Shown here: positions 51,790 to 64,000 of the stretch, piece after piece
Layout of the letters: each line of letters begins with the position of its first letter
Position numbering within the stretch: the stretch's first letter is position 1
Origin: Octopus vulgaris
Lineage: Eukaryota
Reading direction: 5' to 3'
Assembly (NCBI GenBank): GCA_951406725.2
Contig: OX597814.1
Location: forward strand, 171,864,001-171,928,000
Length of the DNA stretch: 64,000 bases
Translations under genes and position numbers: made by a program
The notes under the pieces: generated by a model
The model's database searches: none
What the model was told of the DNA's origin: nothing
The model's input: only the letters and a program-made list of their open reading frames with translations

Positions 51790-53010
51790 TAGTCCGCTAT
51801 AGTGCACCCATCCTGAAATGGACACAAGCGGATATTGACCAACTCGATCGCACAACACGAAAGACAATGACAATGCATGGTACCCCCCACTCAAAAGCAA
51901 ATGTACACAGGCTTTACATGGAGAGAGGTAAAGGTGGATGTGGGTTATTAGCATACGGGAGTCCATCAACAATGAAAGAAGAAACATGGCAGAATATTTG
52001 GTAAGCAGCAAACAAGACCTGCTACAGTATGCCGCTAATGTAAAAGGAGTTAACAAAAATGGACTTGAGAGTGCTCATGAATTCCGAATAAGAACAGCCT
52101 ACGAGAGAGAAGAAAACCTACTCCGTAAGGAATTACATGGTCAGTTCCACCCTGAAACCAATAGATTAAAAGACCAAGAAGCATCATGGAGGTGGCTCAA
52201 CAAGGGCGACCTAAAAAAGAACACTGAAAGCCTAATCATCGCTGCCCAGGATCAGGCATTGAATACCAACTCAGTGAAAAAGGATATATACCACACAAGT
52301 GCATCGGACCTCTGCAGAATGTGTGGGAATAGGGTTGAAAGCGTGACTTACATTGTTAGTTAGTGCTTGTGATAGTCTTGTGCAGAAAGAGTACAAGCGT
52401 AGACACGACAAGGTAGCCCAAAACTTCCGCTGGCTACTATGCCGTAAATATGGATTTGAGGTTATGGGTGCTTGTACCACAACATACACCAGAAAAGGTA
52501 ATGGACGAAAAGGGGAAGGCAAAAGTCCTCTAGGACTTTTATTTCCAGACAGACAAGGTGTTAGAGCACCGAAGGCTGGATATAGTAACCTTTAGGAGGG
52601 ACAAACAAGAGTGCCTAATAATCGACGTGGCAGTGCCAGGAGATCAACATATCATCATGAAAGAGAAAAGGTTGATAAACATGGGGGCCTAAGAATTGAG
52701 ATCGTTAAAATGTGACAACTATGAGAGTCGAATATAAAGGTTATTCTTATTATTGTCGGAGCATTAGGTTCAATACCACCCAATCTGAAAAAAAAAAGAC
52801 ATCTGAAAACCTTAGAAATACCTTACAATCTAGATGTATTGCAAAAGTCGGCATTTCTTGGAGCTGTACGCATGTTGCATAAAGTACTGTCTGTCTGAGG
52901 TCCTTGTTGTGACTTGACAAACGGTACAAACCCTGGGTAGACACAATATCTTCAATCAACAACCTCACGATATAGTATACTTTGCGACGTCTTTAATAAT
53001 AATAATAATA
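51790..53010 (+). pseudogene. 5'-truncated R4/Dong LINE (post-RT region, zinc knuckle, restriction-like endonuclease, 3'UTR, (TAA)n)
   Basis: YSAPILKWTQADIDQLDRTTRKTMTMHG..ANVHRLYMERGKGG; LHGQF; TESLIIAAQDQAL; CRMCGNRVESVTYIVS..C; YKRRHDKVA; IIDVAVP; IVGALG; LQKSAFLG. Frameshifted. Confidence 0.9.
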
Positions 53011-53012
53011 AC

Positions 53013-53200
53013 TCTTTCTACAAAAGGCGCAAGGCCTTAAGTTTTTGGGGAGGGGACTAGTCGATTACGTCAACCCAAGTGTTTCACCAGTACTTAATTT
53101 ATCGACACCGAAAGGATGAAAGACAAAGTCGACCCCGGCGTAGTTTGAACTCAAACGTAAAGATGGATGAAATACCTATTTCTTTATTGCCCCAACAACA
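53013..53200 (-). mobile_element. SINE-A with old-type tail
   Basis: Reverse complement of the body; shares the TAA tract with the Dong 3' end. Confidence 0.7.
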
Positions 53201-53392
53201 ACACTGGTCTGCATCATTTTCTTTATTGGCTGTATTGTGTCTTTTTCGAAATATATATGAAAAATAGTGATTCTTGGTTGTTTTGTAATCATCTCTATCA
53301 CATGAGGTTCTCAAGTTATACAGACACGTTATATCTCTTCTTCTATGACATAAGTACATGATAAAGTATATTACCAATGAAATATAAGATAT

Positions 53393-53520
53393 TGCCGGAG
53401 CATCGTGGAGCTTTTAGGTGTTTTCGCTCAATAAACACACACAATGCCCGGTCTGGGACTCGAAACCGCGATCCTCCGACCGAGAGTCCGCTGCTCTAAC
53501 CACTGGGCCATTGCGCCTCC
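53393..53520 (-). mobile_element. SINE-C 5' fragment
   Basis: Reverse complement of 14483-14610. Confidence 0.85.
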
Positions 53521-54383
53521 CACACTTAACATACATATTATATAATACTTCTTTCAACAGACACTCACTGACATATAATAAATAGCTCCTTCCCAAACAT
53601 GTTGCTTATGCATTAATTTGAACTTTTGCATATGATATACTAATTATATTCTTACAACATAATTTTTAATTCGTTTTTTCCAAATTCTCATTTGGCATCA
53701 TTCCTTAATATTTCTCTTTCTCTTATTCCTATATTTCCTCTTATTTTATTTTATTTTATTTTATTTCTTTTAATCTTCTTTTATTGCATTGCTTCATATC
53801 TATATCTTATTTTATAATTATTTTGAATTATCTACTCACATGCCTCGTTATTCTACTCTTAATACGTTTAATGTAACACTTTCGCTACACCCCTTAGAAT
53901 CTCTTAAAAAAATGAAATGAAAAAAGGATTTAGCTACAAATAGAGCCTCCGTTATGTGTTTATCTCAATAGGGGATGTCGTTTCGGTAATGAGTTTTTTT
54001 TTTTCCTTGGATGTGTGGTTAAGAAGCTTATTTCGCCCCAACTTGGCTTCGGATTCAGTCCCATTGCGCTGCACTTTGGGTAAGTGTGTTTTACCATACC
54101 TTCGGGCCGAGCAATGACTTATGAATGAATTTGGTAGGCGAAAACTGCTACGTAAAAGATTCTCGTACACACACACAAACACACGCACATTATATTATAT
54201 ACATTAATATCAAACAGTGAGAACGAGTGGATAAATTGGTGGATAATTTTTTTTTTAATTGTGGGTTAACCAGGCTACCATTGGTTTCATGTTAAGAGAG
54301 ATATATTTCTCAACAATTTTCAAGTCTATTGCATGGAACGTTGGAGTTTGTCTCCATCTTGGTTGAAAACATAAGATGACGAT

Positions 54384-54414
<31 letters not shown>

Positions 54415-54447
54415 TTGTGTGTGTGCGTGCCGCGTATATGTATATAC

Positions 54448-54518
<71 letters not shown>

Positions 54519-54609
54519 TGTATGTATATAGTGAAATTAATAAAGATCAGGATATTTAATATATAACAAGAAAATTATAAACCTATAGATTGATAATTAT
54601 AAAAAAAAT

Positions 54610-54820
54610 CTTTTCTGCTCTAGGCACAAGGCCCGAAATTTTTGAGGCGGGGAAGTCGATTAGATCGACCCCAGTACGCAACTGGTACTTAATTAATCGA
54701 CTCCGAATAGACAAAAAGTAACGTCGACCTCAGTGGAATTTGAACTCAGGACGTAAAGACAGACGAAATACTGCTAAGCTTTTCACCCGGCGTGCTAACT
54801 TTTCTGCCAGCTCGTTGCCC
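54610..54820 (-). mobile_element. SINE-A with old-type tail
   Basis: Reverse complement of head and body. Confidence 0.8.
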
Positions 54821-55125
54821 TATGAAAATAAACAATAAACCAAAAATGTAATTGAATACTTGAAAAAGAAAAAAAAATTTTTTTTTTTAAAATTAGTAGA
54901 ACCCACAGGAACCCTTAACCTTGATATATTTTAAGGCCAAACCCAGCAATAAATACTTAACTGGCCGAAGTAATCTACCTTACTCTGACACTCATTCTTA
55001 CCTAACTGGCCGAGGTCACGAGGAAATATAACTATTTATAGAAACACCAACACCTCCAAAACGATCCTTATTCGGTCATTCTCATAGTCTTTTTTTAGAT
55101 CATCTTCGAACGGCAGCAAACAACA

Positions 55126-55210
55126 GACCCTGAAGAAGCTGCACCAACAATGAATACCAAGGTGCACAAATAACAGTGTACGGCGGGCGCAGCCGAAACG
55201 CGCGTAGGTC
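55126..55210 (+). ncRNA. Minimal type I hammerhead ribozyme, probably from a Penelope-like element terminal repeat
   Basis: gacc (helix I) + CUGAAGA + a-gctgc...gcagc-c (helix II) + GAAA + c-gcgc-g (short helix III, palindromic loop) + UA^ + ggtc (helix I). Confidence 0.7.
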
Positions 55211-56899
55211 AAAGGGGAAAATGCTGCAAATAACTGTACATGAATGTGTAAACCTCCGTTCTCCTAATCCTTATTAATTTTATTATTTTCTCTACCGAAA
55301 CTATACAGTCCTTAAAAGGACATTCGGATTTACCGAGCGAGGATAACTGAATCTACTAAATTATCAGTAACTCGAGTACCACCAACATTGGCTGTGGTTA
55401 TCCGGCATTGAGAACCGCCAGGACTATATATCCCTTGAAACACACATACACACACACGTGTGTGTATGCGTGTGTGTAGGAATGTATGTATGTCTTAGTG
55501 TTTCTTCCCCACCACGTAACAACCATTGACAAAAGAGACCGATAGAATACGTATCAATCTTAAAAAAAAAACAAGTCCTGTGGCCGATTTGTTCGGCTAA
55601 AACCTTCAAGTTTGTGCCCCAGCATGGCCACAGTCTAATGACTAAAACAAGTAAAAGTGGGTAATAGGAAATATTTATCATTTCACTTTTATCTTTGTTC
55701 TTTTAAAATATATTTCGGCCCTGACCAAACCAAGTATTTGTAAACTGGCAAAACGCTCTCTTAAACGCGATAAAATGCTTTAGTTGAACAGACTACAATA
55801 AAGACTAGTTTTCGTGTTTGAGAGAACGAGAGAGAATGAGAGAGGGAGAGAGAGGCAGAGAAAGGGAGAGAGAAAGAGCGCTAGCATTTCGAATCTCGCA
55901 TTTCAAATACATATCGTTGTTTATTTTGTTTTGTGTGGCAGGTAATACCGAGGAAATGAACATCGGATGATACAAAACGAGAGCAATTAATTTCTGTTGC
56001 ATCTGTCTGTCTCGATTTTATTTTAAATCACGCCGTTAAGGAAAAGGAAATTAATAAATATTTCGTCAGCTTTGATTGAAGTGCCATCTGCCGGTGACGA
56101 TCTGCTTACCTGCGACAACTAAGGAGGTATTCACCAATCTCGCTTTTCCAGGTTATTTACTATGGTTGCGTTATTGCCTTCACATTGCCGAGGTGTTATC
56201 TGTTGCTGCGCTGTCCGTTATATATCTTCCTAAAACTTCAAGCTTTCTCATTTTATTGCTGGATTAATTAGGTATTCACTTGTTTGTGTCTACTTTTCCT
56301 TCCCGTATATCCATCCGATAATTTATGATTTTAATCATTACAGTGGTTCAACTTTTACCATTTCCTCTTAATAATTCGCAGGTTCTTTGCAACTGCTCTT
56401 TTATAGAACCTCTTGCCAAGAGTTACATTTGATGCTATGCTGGTTCTGTATGTAATTTACTTAATGTTCTTCGAAACCAAGTGTTAACGAGTGAACTTTT
56501 GAATATAGCGCTACAAATACGAAGGTGGTCATTTAATGTACTCAGTATAAAGATAAGAACTACTAATAGTTTCTTGCTGTGAAGACATGTGGCTTAGCAG
56601 ATTTTTATACCGTACCTTGTGTCTCTAAGCAATCTGCAGGCTTTGAGCACATGATGTATTCTATATAAAAATCAGGGCGCTGGTATATGAGAAACCACGA
56701 GAAAAAACGAAGAGACTGATGCAAATAGTGGAAGGGTGGATAAAAATGGAAAAAGAAAAGAAAGAAAATTAGAGTTGCGTTCCCTTTGGCCGTAGGAGCC
56801 ATAATTAAACTAGCTATAGCAGAAGAATTCAACGGAGAGGGGTCCAAAGTCTGCGAGGCAGTTGTGCTCAATCCAAAGACAATGGCGTTCTCTAGTTCA

Positions 56900-57230
56900 C
56901 CGAACAAAATTTGCCCATATGCTTGCATTTGCTGAAAAATTCGGATCTGGAAGTAAGTAGCACGGTAGAATATTTTGATCTAAAAAGAATGTGCGATCTC
57001 TCAGATACGCATAAGCTACATTTCTTAGATCCATTTGCACATATGGCATAGAGTTCTCTACGATTCTCCACTTGATCCTATATGGTGTGCAGTTCTTCAA
57101 ACCCCATAAGTAGTCAGCTAACTTAGTGGCTTTTACTTTTGTCGATGTGTCAGAAAGAAGACAGTTAATTTTATATAACGTCTTTTCAAATCAACTTTGC
57201 ATAAACCGATGTAACTTATCGTTTTCGCTT
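56900..57230 (-). pseudogene. Penelope-like element GIY-YIG endonuclease relic
   Basis: Minus strand ISYIGLCKVDLKRRY ... ATKLADYLWGLKNCTPYRIKWRIVENSMPY ... KKCSLCVSE matches the PLE C-terminal pattern YIG...TELSKYIW...IKW.I...PY...C.LC..E. Confidence 0.7.
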
Positions 57231-58029
57231 TATATAGATAAATGAGTGAAGAGTGAAAGTTTGTGGTTTAACGTTTATTCCATTGTTTACAACTGTTTCA
57301 ACAACCTGAGCTGAGCTCAACTTGTTGAAACCATGAAATAAACGGAACATCAAAAACTCCATTCTTCACTGATTTAAACTTATATTCTACAATGAAAGTA
57401 AACCTTATGATTTTTCTGTTTGTTCGAAATGAGTTTCTACTGAAACAATTCACTTTTAATACAACTTTAGGTAGCCACCGCTCAAGCGCTTCCTAATTAT
57501 CTAATTCCTTCAAGAATCAATAGACATGGACCCACTGGTTCAAGATGATTGAAGGTAGGTCAGGAACAACTAATGAACATGTAGAAACTGGGGTGTAGCA
57601 AGCTTTCCCACGCTAAATAAACATGCACGGGTGCTTCCCACATTCTCTACATTTTTTCACAGTTTTTCATTGATCATCCCATGGCAGATTCGTGGTATCT
57701 GGGAGTTACTAATCCCAAAATATCATGAAGGTAATAGTTGTGCATGTTCGCGAGATACTGGACAGAGACAGAAGAATCCTTCAGTCGTTGCAAGTGCTTT
57801 TGAGCAAGTCCTTTCTATGATTCACTTTAACCTCGCTACATATTTCATTTCGCTGTGTCTGGAAGAAGGGTGTTGTCTGTAGCCACTGAAGACTCTACAA
57901 CAAACTTACCTTGCTGAAGTGCCTCAGCGTCAGAGTTGGCTCAGATATAAAATACCGCTTAGCCGACTTATTCCATAATTGAAGGTTAACCTTCACTACT
58001 CTCAACCTGCTTTCCCGGGGTTGTTGCCC

Positions 58030-60942
58030 TTTCTTCAGTACTTATCTAACCCACTATTCCCTCCGAATACATTGCTTATATAGCCACCGTAAACAGTGCT
58101 GTTAAGTTATTGGATATACCAATTTATATATTATGATGCATTTCTGGGGTTGGTATGTAACTATTAAAGCTTTGTAGGTATGTGGCACTTCGTTATGCAA
58201 AGACAATATACTATATGGTATATTAAATGTCTTCATAAGTCAGTACCACGTTCTATTGCGTTAGCAGTACACTTACATTACACTGGTCAACAAGTATTTT
58301 TCCTCAAGTATATGTCAAGGTGTACTGAATGTAGTTTTCAATGCTGATTTCACATGTACAATTAGGTTTTTGACATCACGTACAGAATTCAAGATGCAAA
58401 CTTTTTTTTTGTTTTAGCTCATGCAATATATAGAATTTGCAGTTGATGCTCATGCATAATAAAGAGCATCCAATTGCATGTATTTCATTTACACCATGGA
58501 AACGTACCTTTAAAATAAACTACATTATTCCTTGCGGCATAGTTCAGATGCAATATTTCATCATCTTGAATCAACCAATCAAGTTTTGTCTGATGAAATG
58601 GTTATTCAACATCTCAAATTGTTCATTCGTGATTGGTCTGATGAAATATTTTTTCATCCCAAATTCAAAATAAGTATAACCGTTTGTATCTATTTCCTTA
58701 CTTGTTTTACAGTGTTAGCAAAGTCAAGACAGTGTAGAAATCGTTTTGTTATGCCTGTGGACAATTTATTGTGAAAGCTCAAAAACGTACAATAACACTA
58801 GAGATCAAGAAGATTTATAAGCTATACTTTGACTGTCCTCTTGGAGATCAGGACAAGTTATGGACACCACATTTTATCTGCTTAGCTTGCTCAAATGGCT
58901 TACGTAACTGGTTCATTAAGAAGAAGAAGTCTATGCCTTTTACCATTCCAGTGATATGGAGGGAGCCGAAAGACAATTTTAATGACTGTTATTTTTGCAA
59001 AATAAATGTCACAGGATTTTCTATGAAGAATAAACACAAAATTGTGTAACCCAATTTGGATTCTGCAATGAGATTTGTGCCTCACAATAGAAGTCTGCCA
59101 ATTCCAGTTCCACCAGATGATGGCATTGAAACATCAGATGATGATGCTGACTGTTACGATAGTGCTGCTGAGGAAGATTACGTGGCTCATGATGATAGAT
59201 TTGAACCTCAGAAATTTTCCCAAGCTGAACTGAATGACCTTGTCAGAGACCTATCCCTCTCAAAAGATAAAGCGGAACTGTTGGGATCAAGACTGAAGGA
59301 GAAGTATCTGCTAGAGAAGGTACTTGTATAACTTATTTTCGGCAGAGAAATGTGGTTCTACAAACGTGTTTTTCGGTTGAAGGCTCGCTTTGCTTTTGCA
59401 GTAACACCGATGAACTTTTCGAATGTTTATCACAAAATCCTGATTCTACAGAGTGGCATTTGTTTATTGACTCTTCAAAACGAAGTTTAAAATTTGTACT
59501 TCCCACAATGTTAATTTGAAGTCCTCCATTCCTATTACACACTCCGTCATCTTCATGAATCATATGAGAATATGGAACTTTTACGTCATGCCATTGCCTA
59601 TGAAAGATACTCATAGAAAATATGCGGAGATTTAAAGGTCATTGGAATGTTAATGGGAATGCAAAATACTGTTGTTTCTCATGTCTGAGATAATCGGGCA
59701 ACTGACAGGCATCATTCGGAATCAAACTGGCAGACAAGAATATCATACCTCCAGAACTATCTAGCGCCAAGAATACACCTCTTATAGATCTATGTAATGT
59801 CCTATGCCTCCTTTGCACATAAGGCTTAGACTGATGGAACAGTTTGTAAAGGCACTAGGGGAGAGAAGTGCCAGAGGATTTGAGTATATTGTTGACAAGT
59901 TTCCCAAAATCACACAGGCGAAGTTGAAAGAGGGCATCTTTGTCGGACCCCAAATTAGAGAACTACTCAAAGATGTCACCTTCAAGACAATATTGGACGA
60001 ACTAGAACTGCCTGCCTGGACTACTTTCAATTGGATCTATAAGAATTTCTTGGGCAACAAGAAAGCAATGGACTACAAGGATGGCATCAAGAATCTTCTG
60101 AAATGTTACTCAGCAATGAGTTGTCGTATGTCACTGAAAGTTCACTTCTTGGACTCCCATCTGGATTTCTTCGCAGATAACATTGGAGCAGTGTCTGATG
60201 ACATTAATGCTATGGAGAAACGGTACCAAGCCTTCTAGAATGATAGTATTCTGGCTGACTACTGCTGGACACTTTACCGTGATCAACCAGATCAGGAACA
60301 CCGCAGGAAATCCAAATCACGATGTTTCTAACTCTGTTGTTCTAACTTTGTTTTGTCTGACCCATTTTTTGTGTATTCACTCTATGTAGAATTATGTAGA
60401 ATGAGTGATGATTTTTAGCTCAATAAACTCATTTGCTTTCTAAAAATAATATGTCTTTATTTATTACGTTAATGATTTCAGATGTACAACTATGTAAATA
60501 TTTGCATCTACTGAAAAACTGATACGTGCTGCATACAAATGGAGTGAAACTTTGAAATCATCATGAAAAATTAGTCTAAAAAACGTTGGTTTGCATTCTT
60601 AATGAGTATAATACATTTAGCTTTGTTGACCATTGATATATAACGTTCTATTGCGTCAGCAGTGCTCTTACATTATATAACCTTAACAAAATAATGTTCG
60701 AGCACTGCTGACGCAATAGAACGTGGTACTGACTTATGAACACATTTAGTATATCTTATAGTATGTTGTGTTTGCATAACGAAGTACCACGTACCTACAA
60801 AGCTTTAATATTTACATACCAGCCCCAGGAATGCGTCTAATATGTACATTGGTATATCCAATAATTTAACACCACTGTATGCAGTGGTTATATAAGCAAT
60901 GTATTCGGAGGCAATAGTGGTTCAATAGAGTGCTGAAGAAGG
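58030..60942. repeat. About 250-bp long inverted repeat (58030-58280 vs 60692-60942) enclosing the Chapaev3 element
   Basis: Arms align throughout, e.g. ctccgaatacattgcttatata / tatataagcaatgtattcggag and ttcataagtcagtaccacgttctattgcg / cgcaatagaacgtggtactgacttatgaa. Confidence 0.85.
58281..60635 (+). mobile_element. Full-length but mutated Chapaev3-type (CMC superfamily) DNA transposon
   Basis: TIRs cactggtcaacaa and ttgttgaccattg; flanks tta and ata. Transposase fragments: YFDCPLGDQDKLWTPHFIC, IWREPKDNFNDCYFC, FSQAELNDLVRDLSLSKDKAELLGSRLKE, LFIDSSKRSLK, ICGDLKV, PPLHI, KLKEGIFVGPQIREL, MSLKVHFLDSHLDFF. Confidence 0.8.
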
Positions 60943-60943
60943 T

Positions 60944-61050
60944 GCAAAGTCGACCTCGGCGGAATTTGAATTCAGAACGTAACGGCAGACAAAATATCGC
61001 TAGGCATTTTCCTCGGCGTGCTTACGTTTTCTGCCAGTTCACCGACTTGT
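60944..61050 (-). mobile_element. SINE-A 5' half
   Basis: Reverse complement of head and B-box region. Confidence 0.75.
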
Positions 61051-61361
61051 ATGTATAATAAAATTACGATCATGAAATTAGCATTAGCTTATCTCACTCT
61101 TTCTTGTGGAACCCCCTATGAACTTTTTGCGGAACTCTAGGGTTCCGGGGAACCCCGGTTGAGAAACACTGAATTTGAGTATGAGACCAACATCTCAAAA
61201 GTCACAAATTCATATCCCATTATTTGGTTCTCAATATTGTTATGTAACCACAGGCCAGTCTGATCAAGGAAACTCTGAACTAAACAACTTCAACAGTAAC
61301 GACAATAACATATGCACGTACATATGAAGTGAACTATGAAGAATGTTTGTTGTTAAATACT

Positions 61362-61762
61362 CTTTTACTTGTTTCAGTCATGTGACTGCGGCCAAGCTGG
61401 AGCACCGCCTTTAGTCGAAGAAATCGACCCCATGTCTTATTCTTTGTAAGCCTAGTACTTATTCTATCGGTCTCTTTTGCCGAACCGCTAAGTTACGGGG
61501 ATGTAAACACACCAGCATCGGTTGTCAAGTGATGTCGGGTGGGGAAACACAGACGCGCAAGCACACACATAAATATACATATATATGCATATATACGACG
61601 GGCTTCTTTCAGTTTCCGTCTAGCAAATCCACTCAGAAGGCTTTGGTTGCCGCCCCCCCAGGCTATAGTAGAAGACACTTGCCCAACGTGCCACGCAGTG
61701 GGACTGAACCCGGAACCATGTGGTTGGTAAGCAAGCTATTTACCACACAGCCACTCCTGCGC
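61362..61762 (-). mobile_element. SINE-B, full length
   Basis: Reverse complement of 43494-43931. Confidence 0.9.
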
Positions 61763-62246
61763 CTAGATGAAATTGTGAAATGTTTTCAAGTATTTGAGGA
61801 GGAAGTGTGAACGACTCTATAGATAGATACTTTGTAGTTTTATTGTTCAGCACTTTGTGTTTAAACTTCGCTGAAATTTGATGTTGCTATTTCCGTTAGT
61901 TGTGTTTGATAATTAATTTATAAACAGTTATATCCAGCTTTCACATTACTCCAATAAAATATAATGAGGTTCATAGATTTAAAGTCATCCCATTATCACA
62001 TGTGGATGGTCGGTGCTGAATTTAAGAGCTTTGAATTGGTGCAATCAGATATTGCTAAAAATTAGTGTCAGAGTAAGGTAGATATTGACTAAAATTTCTT
62101 ATAAGGGTTCTCGTAGCATTATCAAGGACTGAACAATGGTAGTCAAGCGTTGGTAGGCGAAAACACAGACATAAGTAAAGACATGTTCATACATATATAC
62201 ATGGATACATTCATGCAAACCACGCATACAGATATGTATATACAGA

Positions 62247-62660
62247 AGGCGGCGAGCTGGCAGAAACGTTAGCACGCCGGGCGAAATGCGTAGCCGTATT
62301 TCGTCTGCCGTTACGTTCTGAGTTCAAGTTCCGCCGAGGTCGACTTTGTCTTTCATCCTTTCGGGGTCGATAAATTAAGTACCAGTTACGCACTGGGGTC
62401 GATATAATCGACTTAATCTGTTTGTCTGTCCTTGTTTGTCCCCTCTGTCTGTAGCCCCTTGTGGGTAGTAAAGAAATAGATATTTCGTCTGCTGATACGT
62501 TCTGAGTTCAAATTCCGGCGAGGTCGACTTTGCCTTTCATCTTTTCGGAGTCGATTAAATAAGTACCAGTTACGCACTGAAGTCGATATAATCAACTTAG
62601 TCTCTTTGTCTGTCCTTGTTTGTCCCCTCTATGTTTAGCCCCTTGTGGGCAATAAAGAAT
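62247..62660 (+). mobile_element. SINE-A dimer
   Basis: Junction aaagaaata|gatatttcgtctg at about 62478; outer duplication atatgtatataca. Confidence 0.9.
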
Positions 62661-62689
62661 TAATATATGTATATACATGTGTTTGTGTA

Positions 62690-62850
62690 CAACGGGTGTC
62701 CTTCAGTTTCTCTTTACCAAATACACTCACAAGCCTCTTGTCGACCAAGGGCTATAACAGAAGATCCTCGACCAAGTTGCAGAGGAACTGAACCCAAGAC
62801 CAAATGTTTGGGAAGCAAGCTTCTCAACGACGCGACCGCATTTTCGCCGA
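62690..62850 (-). mobile_element. SINE-B 5' half, diverged
   Basis: Reverse complement of the SINE-B head and CORE-like region. Confidence 0.6.
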
Positions 62851-63459
62851 TGCGTAATTATAAGGAAAAGTTGGTTTCTTTCCTAGTAGATTGAGCTACT
62901 AGGTACGGATCTTTCTCCTAAGGGAGGATACTTTAAGTTTGCTCTCGCATCGTGGCTGCCATTTTAAATTTTGATTTACTTTCCATCATGGCGTCACAAA
63001 GCAACGTGAACGGTCAATATTCTGATTTATTTCACTCGTTTCTTGTATGGAGCCATCTTTTCATTTCGTTTCCAGTGTTTCGTTTCTTCGTAACTCACAG
63101 AACATGAATAAATGTATATACACACATTGGCATATAAGCAAGCACACACACGCACGCACACACACACTCATACATACACATATACACACAGGTGCACACA
63201 AAGACATATATATACATACATGCATATCTATTTACATATATATAATATGCATTCACACACAAACATACACACATACGCATACAGACACACACACATGCAC
63301 ACACATACACGCACACATTCATATGCACACATACGCAAGCATATCTATTTACATATGATGATATACGCATACCTACATACATACATGCAGATGTAACATA
63401 CTCAAATACGCCAATAATTACATGCTGAAGCACATACATTCACACACACAGGCACACAT

Positions 63460-63495
<36 letters not shown>

Positions 63496-64000
63496 ATGCA
63501 CACACACGCAAGTATATATTTATAAGATACAGTATCGTTTGCAGAGTGGTAGTTATGAAAGACTACCTACACTCCCAAATCTACTTTTACGCTAATTCGC
63601 TGGCCACGACAACGAGTTTCCTAGAAAGCAACTAATAGTAAGAACATAGTATATTTTCAGTATTATTTATTGACCTTCAAGATATAGCAAACCTGACCTT
63701 TATTATAAATTCTTTATTATCAATGTCAATTCGAATCAGTCTTACAACAAACGCTGCTTATCGTTTGTGAATCCAGTGTCTAAGACTCTGAAAGTACAAA
63801 TCTATTTGTTTTCTTTGTTCTACTGTTGTTCTTATCATTAGAAGAACAGGCAACGCCGCTTGATGGCTCCGAGAAGGCCATGGCAAATAGGAAATCTATT
63901 CCTTTAAGCAAGTGTATAAGGAAAAAGAACTAGAAAGCAAGCAGATCAGCTAACAGCTCAAGGAACAAACGACTGGAGGAGAAGGTTAATGGGGAAGGTG

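Noticed and set aside
51191-51890. Pro/Thr/His/Gly-rich ORFs resembling extensin or formin
   Set aside because: Made entirely of compound trinucleotide repeats; open on both strands; no splice or domain support.

Overview
AT-rich, repeat-dominated eukaryotic non-coding DNA (intergenic or a large intron). I can support no host protein-coding exon. Nearly all ORFs in the track are translations of microsatellites or SINEs. The repeat landscape most resembles Octopus (coleoid cephalopod); this is recognition from memory, not a search result. Contents: about 35 copies of one tRNA-derived SINE (here 'SINE-A', with two alternative 3' tails); two further SINE families; LINE relics (R4/Dong x3, RTE, Tx1/L1-like x2, Penelope GIY-YIG); DNA transposon relics (Tc1, Buster-type hAT, Chapaev3); several MITEs; a non-autonomous Helitron; a minimal hammerhead ribozyme; and many compound microsatellites. 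The best candidate for an undescribed system has three linked parts. (1) A Tx1/L1-like LINE is found twice inside (GATA)n tracts. (2) A young SINE-A subfamily carries that LINE's 3' tail (35/41 nt identical). (3) This SINE repeatedly inserts at an RGTAT-like site that also lies about 50 nt inside its own body, building nested dimers and trimers with visible target-site duplications. Coordinates were read by eye and may be off by a few bases. Family names are motif-based.
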